Assembly: GCA_024225275.1 (NCBI GenBank) | Contig: JAAEMS010000170.1 | Coordinates: 2,592-66,591 of the forward strand | Length of the DNA stretch: 64,000 bases | From: Actinomycetes bacterium | GTDB lineage: Bacteria; Actinomycetota; Acidimicrobiia; Acidimicrobiales; JAAEMS01 | Direction: 5' to 3' | Shown here: positions 1 to 9,167 of the stretch, piece after piece | How positions within the stretch are numbered: the first letter of the stretch is position 1 | How the letters are laid out: each line of letters begins with the position of its first letter | The notes under the pieces: generated by a model | What the model was told of the DNA's origin: nothing | The model's database searches: none | What the model saw: only the letters and a program-made list of their open reading frames with translations | Position numbers and translations under genes: made by a program

Positions 1-990
1 GTCGAGTAGCGAGAACGCCGGAGTGAGGTGGGCGGTCCATATGCGGGCCGCCATGGTGACCACGGTGAGGACCATCCAGTGGACCAGGGCTCCGACCAGC
101 CGGAAGCGGACCGCGGCCTCGATGATCGGGAGAGCAAAGAGCACCCAACCGATGCCGGAGGTACCGGTGAGTGTGGTCAACAGAACCACCAGCGCGGTGT
201 CGAGGCCCAGCTCCACCAGGGGAACGATCTGCTTCAGGCCCGGAGACCGGAACCTTCCCGTCACAAGGTTGGTGCCGAGCAGAACCATCGTCGACAGGAG
301 GAGGAGCCAGATCCGACTCGTGCTGTCCTCGAGGACATCGAAACGTGACGCGTCGAGAAGGTATTGAGCCAGGATGAGGATCGCGACCAGACCACGGACG
401 CGCCTGATGCCCTGCTGAGCCACCGGCATGTCGGTTCTTCTCGAGCCGTGTTGGTCACGATGGCGACGGAAGTGTAAGACCAGAACGACCAGGTGAACCA
501 GGCCCGCGACACTCAGCGCGAGCCACGCGCCGACAGCCAGCCACTGGCCGCTCTGGCCCCACACCACGGGTATGCCGACGAGGGGTACGAGCAGTCGCCC
601 CGCCCCGATCACCTCCTCGCGAGATGCCCGCGCCGCGTCGGGGGCATCGTTGGCATCGCCCTTGGTCACGAAGCCATCGGCCTCCACCTCGAACACCCGA
701 TGGGCGACGCGCTCACCGTCGCGGTCGAACACGATGATCGAGCGTTGGGCGATCGAGACCGTGTCGCTCTTCTCGATGAGAAGGACATCCCCCGGGCTGA
801 TGGCGGGCTCCATGGAGCCGGTGGTGATGACCACGGGTGTCCAGCCACCGATCGACCAGCCGAGAAGGACCCAGCCGCCGAGGAGGAGAGACAGGTAAAG
901 GAACAGCCAGAGGACCAGCTGCACCAGGGGAACGAGCCCAGTACGTACCCAGCGCTCGATGCGGGGGGCTAGGAAGGCCGAGGCGGTCAT
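1..990 (-). CDS. SipW/archaeal-type signal peptidase I (S26B) fused in frame to a polytopic membrane module; the C-terminal part runs off the left window edge
   Basis: My own translation of the minus frame from ATG 990 gives MTASAFLAPRIERW, a TM segment, then TTGSMEPAISPGDVLLIEK, AHRV and FVTKGDANDAPD, which is the SipW-type Ser/His context. There is no stop codon down to position 1. The frame continues MPVAQQGIRRVRGLVAILILAQ...LTGTSGIGWVLFALPIIEAAVRF. The start overlaps the stop of the upstream ORF (987) as ATGA. The ORF is missing from the track because it is open-ended. Confidence 0.8.
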   Translation of the reverse strand, partial: MTASAFLAPRIERWVRTGLVPLVQLVLWLFLYLSLLLGGWVLLGWSIGGWTPVVITTGSMEPAISPGDVLLIEKSDTVSIAQRSIIVFDRDGERVAHRVFEVEADGFVTKGDANDAPDAARASREEVIGAGRLLVPLVGIPVVWGQSGQWLAVGAWLALSVAGLVHLVVLVLHFRRHRDQHGSRRTDMPVAQQGIRRVRGLVAILILAQYLLDASRFDVLEDSTSRIWLLLLSTMVLLGTNLVTGRFRSPGLKQIVPLVELGLDTALVVLLTTLTGTSGIGWVLFALPIIEAAVRFRLVGALVHWMVLTVVTMAARIWTAHLTPAFSLLD

Positions 991-1655
991 GGACGCGCCT
1001 CCAGGATGATCCAGAACTCGGTGGTGAGCCCTTGGGCGGCGTCATCGGGCGCGACCTCGACGGACACCCGGAGGGTCACCGAGTCTCCGTCGTTGGCGGC
1101 AGGTATCAGTTCGAATCCGTCAGGGAAGGAGCCGTGCTGCTGCCACAGCTGCCCGAGCGAACCGGAGAAAGCGGGAGTCGACGCCTCGAAGTCGTCACAC
1201 TCAACCGAGCTGCCTGATCCCACCTCGACCTCGGTCTTGAGGTACAGCTCGAGGCCGGTGCCTCCTGTCGATGAGCCGTGGCCCCGAACGGGTACCGCGT
1301 CGACCGTGCCGTGGTAGGTCAGGGGGAGACAGCGCTCGATCACCAGGCCCGGGTAGAGGCCCTCCGCGTTGATGAGAAGCCCGACCGCCGACGTCTCGGT
1401 ATCGGGTTGGAGAACCAGATCAATAGTGCCAGCCGCGAACAAGGAGCCGTCGCTCGTGGTCGATCCGGCGATACGCGCGGTGGCGGTATTGACCCCCGAC
1501 CATACGAAGGCGCCGGCGGCGAAGAGCACAGAGAGCAGAAGGAGTCCGAGCGCGACTGTTCCCCAGCCGATACTGCTGCTCAGATCCTCGGGCGCTGACG
1601 GCTCAGGCGGTGACCCTCTGGACACCTTGCTCCTCTCGAATTGACGCTCACTCAA
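987..1655 (-). CDS. TasA/camelysin-like exported protein with a SipW-dependent (alternate-type) signal peptide
   Basis: N-terminal TM segment ends in GAFVWSGV, followed by SLFAAGTIDLVL, which matches the N.F.aGtLdL hallmark of SipW substrates. The rest of the protein looks beta-rich. Translationally coupled to the signal peptidase gene. Confidence 0.7.
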   Translation of the reverse strand: MSERQFERSKVSRGSPPEPSAPEDLSSSIGWGTVALGLLLLSVLFAAGAFVWSGVNTATARIAGSTTSDGSLFAAGTIDLVLQPDTETSAVGLLINAEGLYPGLVIERCLPLTYHGTVDAVPVRGHGSSTGGTGLELYLKTEVEVGSGSSVECDDFEASTPAFSGSLGQLWQQHGSFPDGFELIPAANDGDSVTLRVSVEVAPDDAAQGLTTEFWIILEARP

Positions 1656-1723
1656 AGCGTCGGCAGAGAAGGCCCCAATAATGAGGGGCCAGAGCCAGAA
1701 GGATCAGGACCCCCGCCGATCAC

Positions 1724-2434
1724 TCAATGAGGCTCAGATCCCCCACCAATGATCCGAGCAACGTCCTGCCAGCCGAAACCGGGTTCCTGGGCTGCCTCGA
1801 TCAGGACCCTCTCGCGCCCAGCGATGGCCGTGGCCGCCACCGGGATATCGGCTGCCACCTCGGGCGGGATGACGACCGCACCGTGCTGATCGGCGTGGAT
1901 GAGGTCACCGTGGCGAACGACCATGCCGTGGATCGTCACCGTGACCCCGATCTCGATGCCATGGTTGAAAGCGTGGCTCGGACCCACCGAGCCGGCGATG
2001 AGCTGGAAGCCGTCGGCATTGTCGGGAAGGTCCCGGATCGACCCGTTGGTGATCACACCCTTCGATCCCAGCCCCTGGTGGACGTTGGTGTGCACCTCTC
2101 CCCACCAGGCCCCGAAGCCGGGCGGATCGTCGAGGTCCTCGATGACGGTGATGGCGGGTTTCGGCCCCTCGTCCATGTACCGGTAGTAGGCGACCCGCCA
2201 GTCGAGGTCATCTGGCCCTGAGCGACCCGACGGGTGGGTGGCGGCCATGGTCGCGGTGCGGGCGAATCCCACGATCGCAGGCAGGGCGGGACGGGCGCAC
2301 ACGAGCGGGCGCGTCGTGTAGCCCCAGCCCCGCCGTTGCGGAATGACCACCTCGAGGGCATTGCACACCGTCGGCGTGTCGAGCTGGCCGATGGCGTCGA
2401 GCACCTCGGCGGAAACGGGCATGTCGTCGGTCAT
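1724..2434 (-). CDS. RraA-family protein (4-hydroxy-4-methyl-2-oxoglutarate aldolase-like)
   Basis: Motifs LDTPTVCNALE, GEVHTNVHQGLGSKGVITNGSIRD and GDLIHADQHGAVVIP are typical of the RraA/HMG aldolase fold. Confidence 0.75.
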   Translation of the reverse strand: MTDDMPVSAEVLDAIGQLDTPTVCNALEVVIPQRRGWGYTTRPLVCARPALPAIVGFARTATMAATHPSGRSGPDDLDWRVAYYRYMDEGPKPAITVIEDLDDPPGFGAWWGEVHTNVHQGLGSKGVITNGSIRDLPDNADGFQLIAGSVGPSHAFNHGIEIGVTVTIHGMVVRHGDLIHADQHGAVVIPPEVAADIPVAATAIAGRERVLIEAAQEPGFGWQDVARIIGGGSEPH

Positions 2435-2614
2435 GGATCCTCCTGGTCAGGCTTACGTCGGTCAGGTGCTCGTTGGTCACCTGGACCAGGGCACGCACCC
2501 GTCGGCTCGACCAATCCGGTAGGTGGTCAGCTCCATGAGTCGCATCTTCGCGCAACCCACCCACTACCGCCTCAGCCCCACCGCCCGGTAGCGTCCGAGC
2601 CAGTGACGGGGACC

Positions 2615-3301
2615 ATGGAACGATCATCGCTGGTCCGCCCGGTCACGGCAGTGGCCGCGGCCCTCGCGATCATGATGGCCGGGTGTGGGTCGAGCGCTCC
2701 CTCACCTTCCCGGAGCGCAGCGTTCGAGTCCATCCCCGCCACCATCGTCACCGGCGCCGGCCAACCCATCGAGATCGACGGTGGTGGAGCTTTCCTCGGG
2801 CCCCTGGTCGAGTGGGGCCTCGGCCGATTCACCGAGGCAGGCCTCGAGGAACCCCATGTTCCCCGCGTCCAGTTCAAGCCTGACGACCCGGCCTGCATCG
2901 GTGTCACCGGCCTGTTCCGCGACAACGAGCAAGGGCGCAGCATCGTGATCTGCCTCGACGAGGACCGGATCTGCGAGTTCCCTGACGTACCCGATCGATT
3001 TCGAGCGACCGCCCGGTCATGCATTCTCCACGAGCTCGCCCACGCCTGGATTACCGACAGCCTCGACCAAGAGGCCCGAGAAACATTTACTGCGGTCTCG
3101 CCGGTCGAGAACTGGTACGAGAAGGGCGGCACCTGGAACCAGCAGGGCATCGAACATGCCGCCGAGATCATCAGTTGGGGACTCATCGACGAACACCTGC
3201 CCCTCAACCGTCTCGATAACCCACAATGCACCGACGTCGAGACAAGGTTCCGGCTCCTGACCGGCGTGGAACCCCTCATCCCCTGCGAGGAACGCCCATG
3301 A
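2615..3301 (+). CDS. Putative lipoprotein with an HExxH zinc-peptidase-like motif
   Basis: Internal ATG 2615 gives MERSSLVRPVTAVAAALAIMMAGCGSS, a lipobox (AGC). HELAH occurs at CILHELAHAWITD. The upstream in-frame extension to 2234 is Arg/Gly-rich and lies antisense to the RraA gene. Confidence 0.6.
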   Translation: MERSSLVRPVTAVAAALAIMMAGCGSSAPSPSRSAAFESIPATIVTGAGQPIEIDGGGAFLGPLVEWGLGRFTEAGLEEPHVPRVQFKPDDPACIGVTGLFRDNEQGRSIVICLDEDRICEFPDVPDRFRATARSCILHELAHAWITDSLDQEARETFTAVSPVENWYEKGGTWNQQGIEHAAEIISWGLIDEHLPLNRLDNPQCTDVETRFRLLTGVEPLIPCEERP

Positions 3302-4668
3302 ACGCCCATCAGCCCTTCAGCGCCGACGTGGTGGTCGACGTCAGCAATGTCGCTCACGGGGTGGCCGACCTGTGGGAGGAGTACGGCCTGGAAGTCGACG
3401 GGAACCGTATCGAGCCCCACAGCGAAGCCATCCGAGATGTCCTCGCCGCCCACCACATCGAGGCCCGCAGCATCTACATGGTAGTGCCGGCAGAAGTGGT
3501 GGGGGTGGAGGCACCCAGCAGGTGGGTGATCGAAACCATCAACCGGACGCGGAAATGGGCTGAAGGTCAGGCGGCCACCGACAACGACGTGCACATCGTC
3601 CGGGGCGGCCTGTCCGACCAAGGCGAGGTGGGCGTCGACTCCCTGGCCGTGGTGGTCGCCCTGGACCTCCTCCACCGCTCCCCCGACGACGAACCCACTC
3701 TCGTTCTCGTGTCCGACGACAGCGATCTGGCCGTCGCCGGCGACCTCATCGACCGGGGTCGGCTGGTCCTCGCCGGCAACTTCCACGAGGGCACCACGGC
3801 CCGATACCGGCGATCGGGCCTCGACCACCTCGTTCTCGGTGGCGCCTGGTATGCCCGCCTCGGGCCCTCGACGCGAGGTCTGCGACATCCGCCGGAGATC
3901 ACCCCCCGGCCGGCAGGAGTCTGCGATCACGACTCGGTCGAGGGTCTTCCCGGGGACGCCATCGTGTTGGCTCGGGGCGGCCCCAAACCCCACGCCGTAT
4001 CCACTCCCATCGACCGGCTCTGGGGGCGTCGGGCCCAAACCACCCGGCTCCGCCCCCTCCCCGACATGGGCGCCGCTGCCTTACTCGACCCCTACGGGCT
4101 CGCGCTCGAACGCCAACGGCTCGGAGACAGCTCCCACCACCTGCCCACGGCCAACACCGTTCGAGCCCTGGCCTCAGAGCTGGGCTACCCCGGACCCGTC
4201 GCGGTATGGGCCACGATCCCCGACCTCTGGGACCGGGCCGCCCGCCGGCTCGACGACGAGGGCGAGCGCTTCTGGCGCGAACGCGACGAAGCACTCGACG
4301 CGGCCAGTCGCGAGCTACGCGACGACGATGACCTGTCCACCTGGGTCGAACGGGGTCGTCTCCTCCCTCGCACCGGCGACGACAACAGCGAATCTCGCGC
4401 CACCCAGAAAGCGGTCTCGACCCGTATGGCCGCCGATCTCCACCTTCTCGCCCGGGTGGCACCCGACCTGCCCATCCTGCTCCTCACCGACCGGCCCGAA
4501 CTGGTACTGGTCTGCGACTTCCTGATCGACGAAGGCATCGTGGCGGCTGATCACATCCGCCGGGTGGGTCTGGTGAACGACCCCGTCGGCGCCCACCGAA
4601 CGGCCACCCGGGTCCTCACCACCGTCCTCACCCCCGACCAGGCCAGATCCTTGTTCGGGGAGGGATAG
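3298..4668 (+). CDS. Tandem NYN/PIN-like nuclease-domain protein (first domain canonical, second degenerate)
   Basis: VVVDVSNVAHG, GEVGVDSLAVVVALDLL and LVLVSDDSDLAV match the NYN (LabA/DUF88) Asp pattern. The second half repeats the layout (LLDPYG, MAADLHLL, ILLLTDRPEL). The ATG at 3298 overlaps the upstream stop (ATGA). Confidence 0.55.
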   Translation: MNAHQPFSADVVVDVSNVAHGVADLWEEYGLEVDGNRIEPHSEAIRDVLAAHHIEARSIYMVVPAEVVGVEAPSRWVIETINRTRKWAEGQAATDNDVHIVRGGLSDQGEVGVDSLAVVVALDLLHRSPDDEPTLVLVSDDSDLAVAGDLIDRGRLVLAGNFHEGTTARYRRSGLDHLVLGGAWYARLGPSTRGLRHPPEITPRPAGVCDHDSVEGLPGDAIVLARGGPKPHAVSTPIDRLWGRRAQTTRLRPLPDMGAAALLDPYGLALERQRLGDSSHHLPTANTVRALASELGYPGPVAVWATIPDLWDRAARRLDDEGERFWRERDEALDAASRELRDDDDLSTWVERGRLLPRTGDDNSESRATQKAVSTRMAADLHLLARVAPDLPILLLTDRPELVLVCDFLIDEGIVAADHIRRVGLVNDPVGAHRTATRVLTTVLTPDQARSLFGEG

Positions 4669-5348
4669 TGTCTCGGGCCGTGGCTGACCCGACCGACTGG
4701 AATCCCCTGCTCCGGGGCGAGTTCGCCAAGCCGTACTGGCCCGAGCTCATGGCCTTCGTGGCGACCGAGCGCAACCAGGGACCGGTGTACCCGCCCCACG
4801 CCGATGTGTTCGCCGCCCTCCACCTCACCAGCTACGCCGATACCCGGATTCTGATCCTGGGCCAGGATCCCTACCACGGCGAGGGGCAAGCCCAGGGGCT
4901 GTGCTTCTCGGTACGACGCGGGGTGCCCCGGCCCCCATCGGTCGAGAACATGCTGAACGAGCTCACCAACGATCTTGGCTGCGCCACACCCGATCACGGC
5001 AACCTCGAACACTGGGCCCGGCAGGGGGTGCTCCTCCTCAACACCACCCTCACGGTCCGAGACCGCGAGGCCGGCAGCCACCAGGGCCGCGGCTGGGAGG
5101 AATTCACCGACGAGGTGATCAGGGTGGTCAACGCCAAACGGGAGCGGGTCGTGTTCCTCCTGTGGGGAGCCTTCGCCCGAAAGAAGAAGGCCTACGTCGA
5201 CACCGAACGTCACGTGATCATCGAGTCACCCCACCCATCACCACTCAGCGCTCACCGCGGGTTCTTCGGCAGTCGACCCTACAGCCGGGCCAACCAAGCC
5301 CTCGAAGCAGCCGGGCTCGAACCCATCGACTGGTGCCTTCCCTCGTGA
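4668..5348 (+). CDS. ung: Uracil-DNA glycosylase, family 1
   Basis: VYPPHADVFAAL, ILILGQDPYHGEGQAQGLCFSV and HPSPLSA are the catalytic water-activating loop and the Leu-intercalation loop. The GTG start overlaps the upstream TAG by 1 nt. Confidence 0.93.
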   Translation: MSRAVADPTDWNPLLRGEFAKPYWPELMAFVATERNQGPVYPPHADVFAALHLTSYADTRILILGQDPYHGEGQAQGLCFSVRRGVPRPPSVENMLNELTNDLGCATPDHGNLEHWARQGVLLLNTTLTVRDREAGSHQGRGWEEFTDEVIRVVNAKRERVVFLLWGAFARKKKAYVDTERHVIIESPHPSPLSAHRGFFGSRPYSRANQALEAAGLEPIDWCLPS

Positions 5349-5368
5349 CAACCGGCCAGCCCGTGGGA

Positions 5369-5974
5369 TCAGAGTGACCCGACCACGAAGACCGTGACAA
5401 TCACTCCGGTGAGGCTGACCACCAGCCATACCGGCAAGGTGGGGCGGGCGAGGCGCTGGTGGAGGTCGATCCGGCCGGTGGCGACGGCCCAGACCGTGGC
5501 GAGCACGGCGGGCAGACCGAGCACCGACAGGATCACATGAACCGCGAGCACACCGAGGTACACGACCCTCAATCCACCATCGAGGCCCACCTCAGTGTCG
5601 CCGTAGAGGGTGTGGCGGGTGACATAGGCGATGAGGAACAGGGCCGAGAAGGTCAGGGCGGCGAGCATGGCCGCCCGGTGCCGACGCTGGTCGCCGCGCC
5701 GGATGGCCCGCCACCCGACCATCAGGCCGACGGTGGCCCCACCGTTGAAGACGCCGTTGAGGGCCGGCAGCCACCGCGAGCTCTTGCCGCCCCCGACAAC
5801 GGTCGCCAGGAGCAGCAGGCCGACGGCCAGAGCGAAGCTCAACAGACCGATGACCCCGAACGCCGTCCGGGGACCGACGTCGAGCAACCGACGCACCAAC
5901 CGGGGCAGAGGAAATCTGATGACCTCGCCCACGACGTCTGTCGAGTGCGGAGTCGACCCGTCAGGGTCATTCAT
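5369..5974 (-). CDS. DUF420-family integral membrane protein
   Basis: LPALNGVFNGGATVGLMVGWRAIRRGDQRRHRAAMLAALTFSALFLIAYVTRH fits the DUF420 core, with four predicted TM segments. I chose start M40 (5974) so the gene does not overlap the divergent polyprenyl synthase gene. The track ORF extends to 6091. Confidence 0.6.
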   Translation of the reverse strand: MNDPDGSTPHSTDVVGEVIRFPLPRLVRRLLDVGPRTAFGVIGLLSFALAVGLLLLATVVGGGKSSRWLPALNGVFNGGATVGLMVGWRAIRRGDQRRHRAAMLAALTFSALFLIAYVTRHTLYGDTEVGLDGGLRVVYLGVLAVHVILSVLGLPAVLATVWAVATGRIDLHQRLARPTLPVWLVVSLTGVIVTVFVVGSL

Positions 5975-6023
5975 CCCGGTGCCGGCTTCTGTTGGGAGGC
6001 CTGCGCCCGGTACCCTCGGATCC

Positions 6024-7022
6024 ATGTGGCTGGACGACCTCCTGGCCCCCCTCGGCGGTGGGGGCCTCATCGATCGGGTTGATCTGGTCACCGATCGTAT
6101 TCATGATGTGCTCGTGTCGGATGCACCGGTGCTCGGCGAGGCTTCCCGTCGCGTCGCGGGCGGCGGGAAGCGGCTGAGGCCGATCTTCAGCCTGTCGGTG
6201 GCCGACATCGTCGGTGTGTTCGATGATCGGGTGATCGACGGGGCCGCCGCCATCGAGCTCGTCCAGATCGGATCGCTCGTCCACGACGACATCTTCGACG
6301 AAGCTGCCACCCGCCGCGGCGTACCCACCATCAACGCGGTCGAGGGGGCATCACCTGCCCTGCTCGCCGGCGACTTCATTCTCGCCAAGGCCGGGGCGCT
6401 GGCCGCCGGTATCGACGCCGACGCCGCCGCCCTCCTGGCCGGCACCATCGTTTCCCTGTGTCTGGGACAGGCCGCCGAGATGGACGACCTGCACGATCTC
6501 GACCGTTCACTCGATGCCTACCACCGGTCCATTGTCGGCAAGACATCGGCCCTGTTCGCCGCCGCGGCCGAGATGGGTGCTATCTGTGCCGGGCTCGACC
6601 ATGAACAGAGGGCCGGCTGTTCGCGCTATGGGCGTGAGTTCGGGACCGCCTTCCAGCTCCTCGACGACATGCTCGATCTGGTGGCCGACCCCGAACGGCT
6701 GGGCAAGCCGGTGGGCAGCGATCTCAGTACCGGCGTGTACACCCATCCAGTGTTGCTGGCCCTCGATACCGCCGATGGCGATGGGATTCGGGGGCTCCTC
6801 GAGCGCCGGTCGAACGGCGATGTCCTTCGGGCCCGCCAGCTCGTCATCGGCTCGGGAGCCCTCGACGTCACCCTCGAACTGGCCATCGAGCACGCCCGGT
6901 CGGCCTCGGCGGCCCTGTCCGAGGTGAGGCTTGGTGAATCACCGCTGGCTCCGTTCCCATCGGCCTATCTGTCGAGTGCCCTCGACCACTTCACTGTCGG
7001 GGCCTGGTCGGTCCCCCGCTGA
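6024..7022 (+). CDS. Polyprenyl diphosphate synthase (trans-isoprenyl, GGPP/long-chain type)
   Basis: First Asp-rich motif is LVHDDIFDEAATRRG and the second is FQLLDDMLD. The start is at MWLDDLL (6024). The longer track ORF from 5631 is antisense to the DUF420 gene. Confidence 0.88.
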   Translation: MWLDDLLAPLGGGGLIDRVDLVTDRIHDVLVSDAPVLGEASRRVAGGGKRLRPIFSLSVADIVGVFDDRVIDGAAAIELVQIGSLVHDDIFDEAATRRGVPTINAVEGASPALLAGDFILAKAGALAAGIDADAAALLAGTIVSLCLGQAAEMDDLHDLDRSLDAYHRSIVGKTSALFAAAAEMGAICAGLDHEQRAGCSRYGREFGTAFQLLDDMLDLVADPERLGKPVGSDLSTGVYTHPVLLALDTADGDGIRGLLERRSNGDVLRARQLVIGSGALDVTLELAIEHARSASAALSEVRLGESPLAPFPSAYLSSALDHFTVGAWSVPR

Positions 7023-8253
7023 CCTCTACCGCGGTCCGCACCACGGCACCCAACAACACGCTGGCTCCCCGCTCGGCCTGGGCAGCCGAAATTCTCTCGG
7101 CCTCGTTGTGGGAGAGGCCGTCGTCGCAGGGCACGAACACCATGGCGGTGGGGGCATGCTTGGCCACGTAGCAGGCGTCGTGACCGGCCCCCGAGACGAT
7201 GTCGGCGTGGCTGTAGCCGAGACCGTCTACCGAGGTGCGTACCGCCTCGATACACGCGGGATCGAAGGCCACGGGCGGCGAATCATTCTGAAGGGTGATC
7301 TCGAAACCAACTCCGAGAAGCCCGGCCTCGCGGGCGACGATTTCGCGTAGGCCCGATTCGAGCCGATCGAGTACGTCGAGGTCGGGGTGGCGAAGGTCGA
7401 GCGAACAGGTCAGCTCCAGGGGAATCGTGTTGGGCGACACCGGGAACGACGAGAACTGGGCGAACGTGGCCCGAGCCCACGGCCCCAGCTCGTCAGCCAT
7501 GGCGTACACGCCATCGATGATCCGGGCGATGGCTCGGGCCGGATCTCTGCGACCCGACATCGGGGTCGGACCGGCATGGGCGGGGAAACCCTCGAGCCGG
7601 ATATCGAACCAACGCAGCCCCTGCACACCGGTGACGACGCCGACTTCGAGCTCGTCAGTCTCGAGGATCGGGCCTTGCTCGATGTGGAGCTCGAAACTGG
7701 CGGTGAGCTCTCGGGGCTCGGCGGGTAGCTCGCCCACCCAACCCAGACGCTGAAGCTCGTCGGCCACCGAGATTCCGTCGACGTCGGTGAGGTCGTAGGT
7801 GTCCTCGAGCTCGAAGACGCCGGCCCAGACCCCCGAACCCATCATCGACCGTTGAAACCGCGACCCTTCTTCGTTCGTCCAGACGGCAACCTCGACGGGG
7901 GCCTCGGTTTCGATACCGAGATCGTTCAGCCGCTCGAGGACTTCGAGGCCTCCGAGGACCCCGTAGACGCCGTCGAAACGACCACCCGTGGGCTGGGTAT
8001 CGAGGTGGCTGCCCACCAGAACCGGCGGACGACTCGGGTCGCGCCCCGCTCGTCGGGCGAACAGGTTGCCCACCCGATCGACTGTGATCTCGCACCCGGC
8101 CTCGCGGGCCCACCCCTCGAACAGCTCACGCCCGGCGGCGTCTTCGTCGGACAGGGCCTGGCGGTTCGACCCGCCCCCTTCGGTGGCCCCGATCTCGGCC
8201 ATGGCCATGAGTCGCGACCACAGACGCTCGCCATCTACCCGGTGGGTGTTCAC
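6991..8253 (-). CDS. M20-family Zn-dependent amidohydrolase (N-carbamoyl-L-amino-acid / allantoate amidohydrolase type)
   Basis: RLWSRLMAMAEIG, VDRVGNLFARRAG, VLVGSHLDTQPTGGRFDGVYGV and SGAGHDA are typical of this hydantoin-utilisation/AllC family. Confidence 0.85.
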   Translation of the reverse strand: MNTHRVDGERLWSRLMAMAEIGATEGGGSNRQALSDEDAAGRELFEGWAREAGCEITVDRVGNLFARRAGRDPSRPPVLVGSHLDTQPTGGRFDGVYGVLGGLEVLERLNDLGIETEAPVEVAVWTNEEGSRFQRSMMGSGVWAGVFELEDTYDLTDVDGISVADELQRLGWVGELPAEPRELTASFELHIEQGPILETDELEVGVVTGVQGLRWFDIRLEGFPAHAGPTPMSGRRDPARAIARIIDGVYAMADELGPWARATFAQFSSFPVSPNTIPLELTCSLDLRHPDLDVLDRLESGLREIVAREAGLLGVGFEITLQNDSPPVAFDPACIEAVRTSVDGLGYSHADIVSGAGHDACYVAKHAPTAMVFVPCDDGLSHNEAERISAAQAERGASVLLGAVVRTAVEVSGGPTRPRQ

Positions 8254-9107
8254 GAATCCCTATCGTCATCGAGCCAGACGTTGAAGGTCGGGGCCCGCTT
8301 CTCCAGGAACGCTCGGCCGCCCTCGCGGGCGTCGGGCAGGTGATCGGTGATGGCCGTCTTGGCCGCAATCTCGTCCAGGGCCTGGCCGAACGAGAGCTCG
8401 GCCGCGTTGTAGATCGAGCGCTTGAGCATGCGCATCGCCGCCTGGGGACCGGTGGCCAGCTCACGGGCCAGGGCCATGGCGGCGCCGGGAAGCTGATCGT
8501 CATCGACAACCTCGTGAACGAGCCCGAGATCGAAAGCCTCGTCGCTGTCGACAATCCGCTTGCGCATCAGGAAGTCCATCGTGGCCGGCACGCCCAGCGT
8601 CTGAACCAGCAGCCACTGACCACCCTCGTCGGGAAGCAACCCGAAGCGCAGGGTGGCGCTGCCCATGCGGGCCGACCGGGCCGCCAGCCGGAAGTCACAG
8701 GCCAGAGCCAGGGAGAAGCCGGTCTGAATGGCGAAGCCGTTGATGGCGGCGATGGTGAGCTTGTCGAGATTGCGAACGGCGACATTCACCGCCTGGGAAA
8801 TGGCGCGTAGCCCGTTGTAGGTGCCCATGGCGTTGTGGTGACCACCGAAGATGGGGGGCATGGAGGCATCGTCGCCGGGTTGCTCATACCCCTTCAGGTC
8901 ATCGCCCGCCCAGAAGGCCCGGCCGGCGCCTGTGAACACCACGACCCGGATCGAGTCGTCCATCTGGGCCTGGGTCAGCAGTTCGACCAGGTCACGCTTC
9001 ATGGGTACCGTCGAGGCATTCAACGACTCAGGTCGGTTGAACGTGATGGTGAGGATCCCCGGATCGGACACCGAGGTGTCGAAGCCGGCATAGTTCTGCT
9101 CGAGCAT
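8250..9107 (-). CDS. Enoyl-CoA hydratase/isomerase (crotonase) family protein
   Basis: ILTITFNRPESLNA, VVVFTGAGRAFWAGDDLK and AAINGFAIQTGFSLALACDFRLAA are the crotonase oxyanion-hole motifs. ATG 9107 has a GGGAGAG Shine-Dalgarno 5 nt upstream. The stop overlaps the next gene (ATGA). Confidence 0.88.
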   Translation of the reverse strand: MLEQNYAGFDTSVSDPGILTITFNRPESLNASTVPMKRDLVELLTQAQMDDSIRVVVFTGAGRAFWAGDDLKGYEQPGDDASMPPIFGGHHNAMGTYNGLRAISQAVNVAVRNLDKLTIAAINGFAIQTGFSLALACDFRLAARSARMGSATLRFGLLPDEGGQWLLVQTLGVPATMDFLMRKRIVDSDEAFDLGLVHEVVDDDQLPGAAMALARELATGPQAAMRMLKRSIYNAAELSFGQALDEIAAKTAITDHLPDAREGGRAFLEKRAPTFNVWLDDDRDS

Positions 9108-9167
9108 GCATCTCTCCCTGTGTGCCGCCTCCCGACCGACCACCGGAGAGGAGTAGCGTCAACCGAC

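Noticed and set aside
2234-2614. Upstream in-frame extensions offered by the ORF track (also 5631-6023, 8835-9167, 13502-13822, 16548-17195, 46942-47481, 55927-56079, and the N-terminal extensions of fliS, fliD, fliL and motB)
   Set aside because: The extensions overlap neighbouring genes in other frames, have aberrant composition, and lack ribosome-binding sites. Internal starts with Shine-Dalgarno sequences, or ATGA/GTGA coupling, give proteins that begin where the families normally begin.
2572-4038. 488-aa minus-strand ORF spanning the lipoprotein and NYN genes
   Set aside because: It is Arg/Gly/Pro/Ser-rich with no motifs and lies antisense to two ORFs that have recognisable features (lipobox/HExxH and NYN Asp pattern). 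This is the typical shadow ORF of a high-GC genome.
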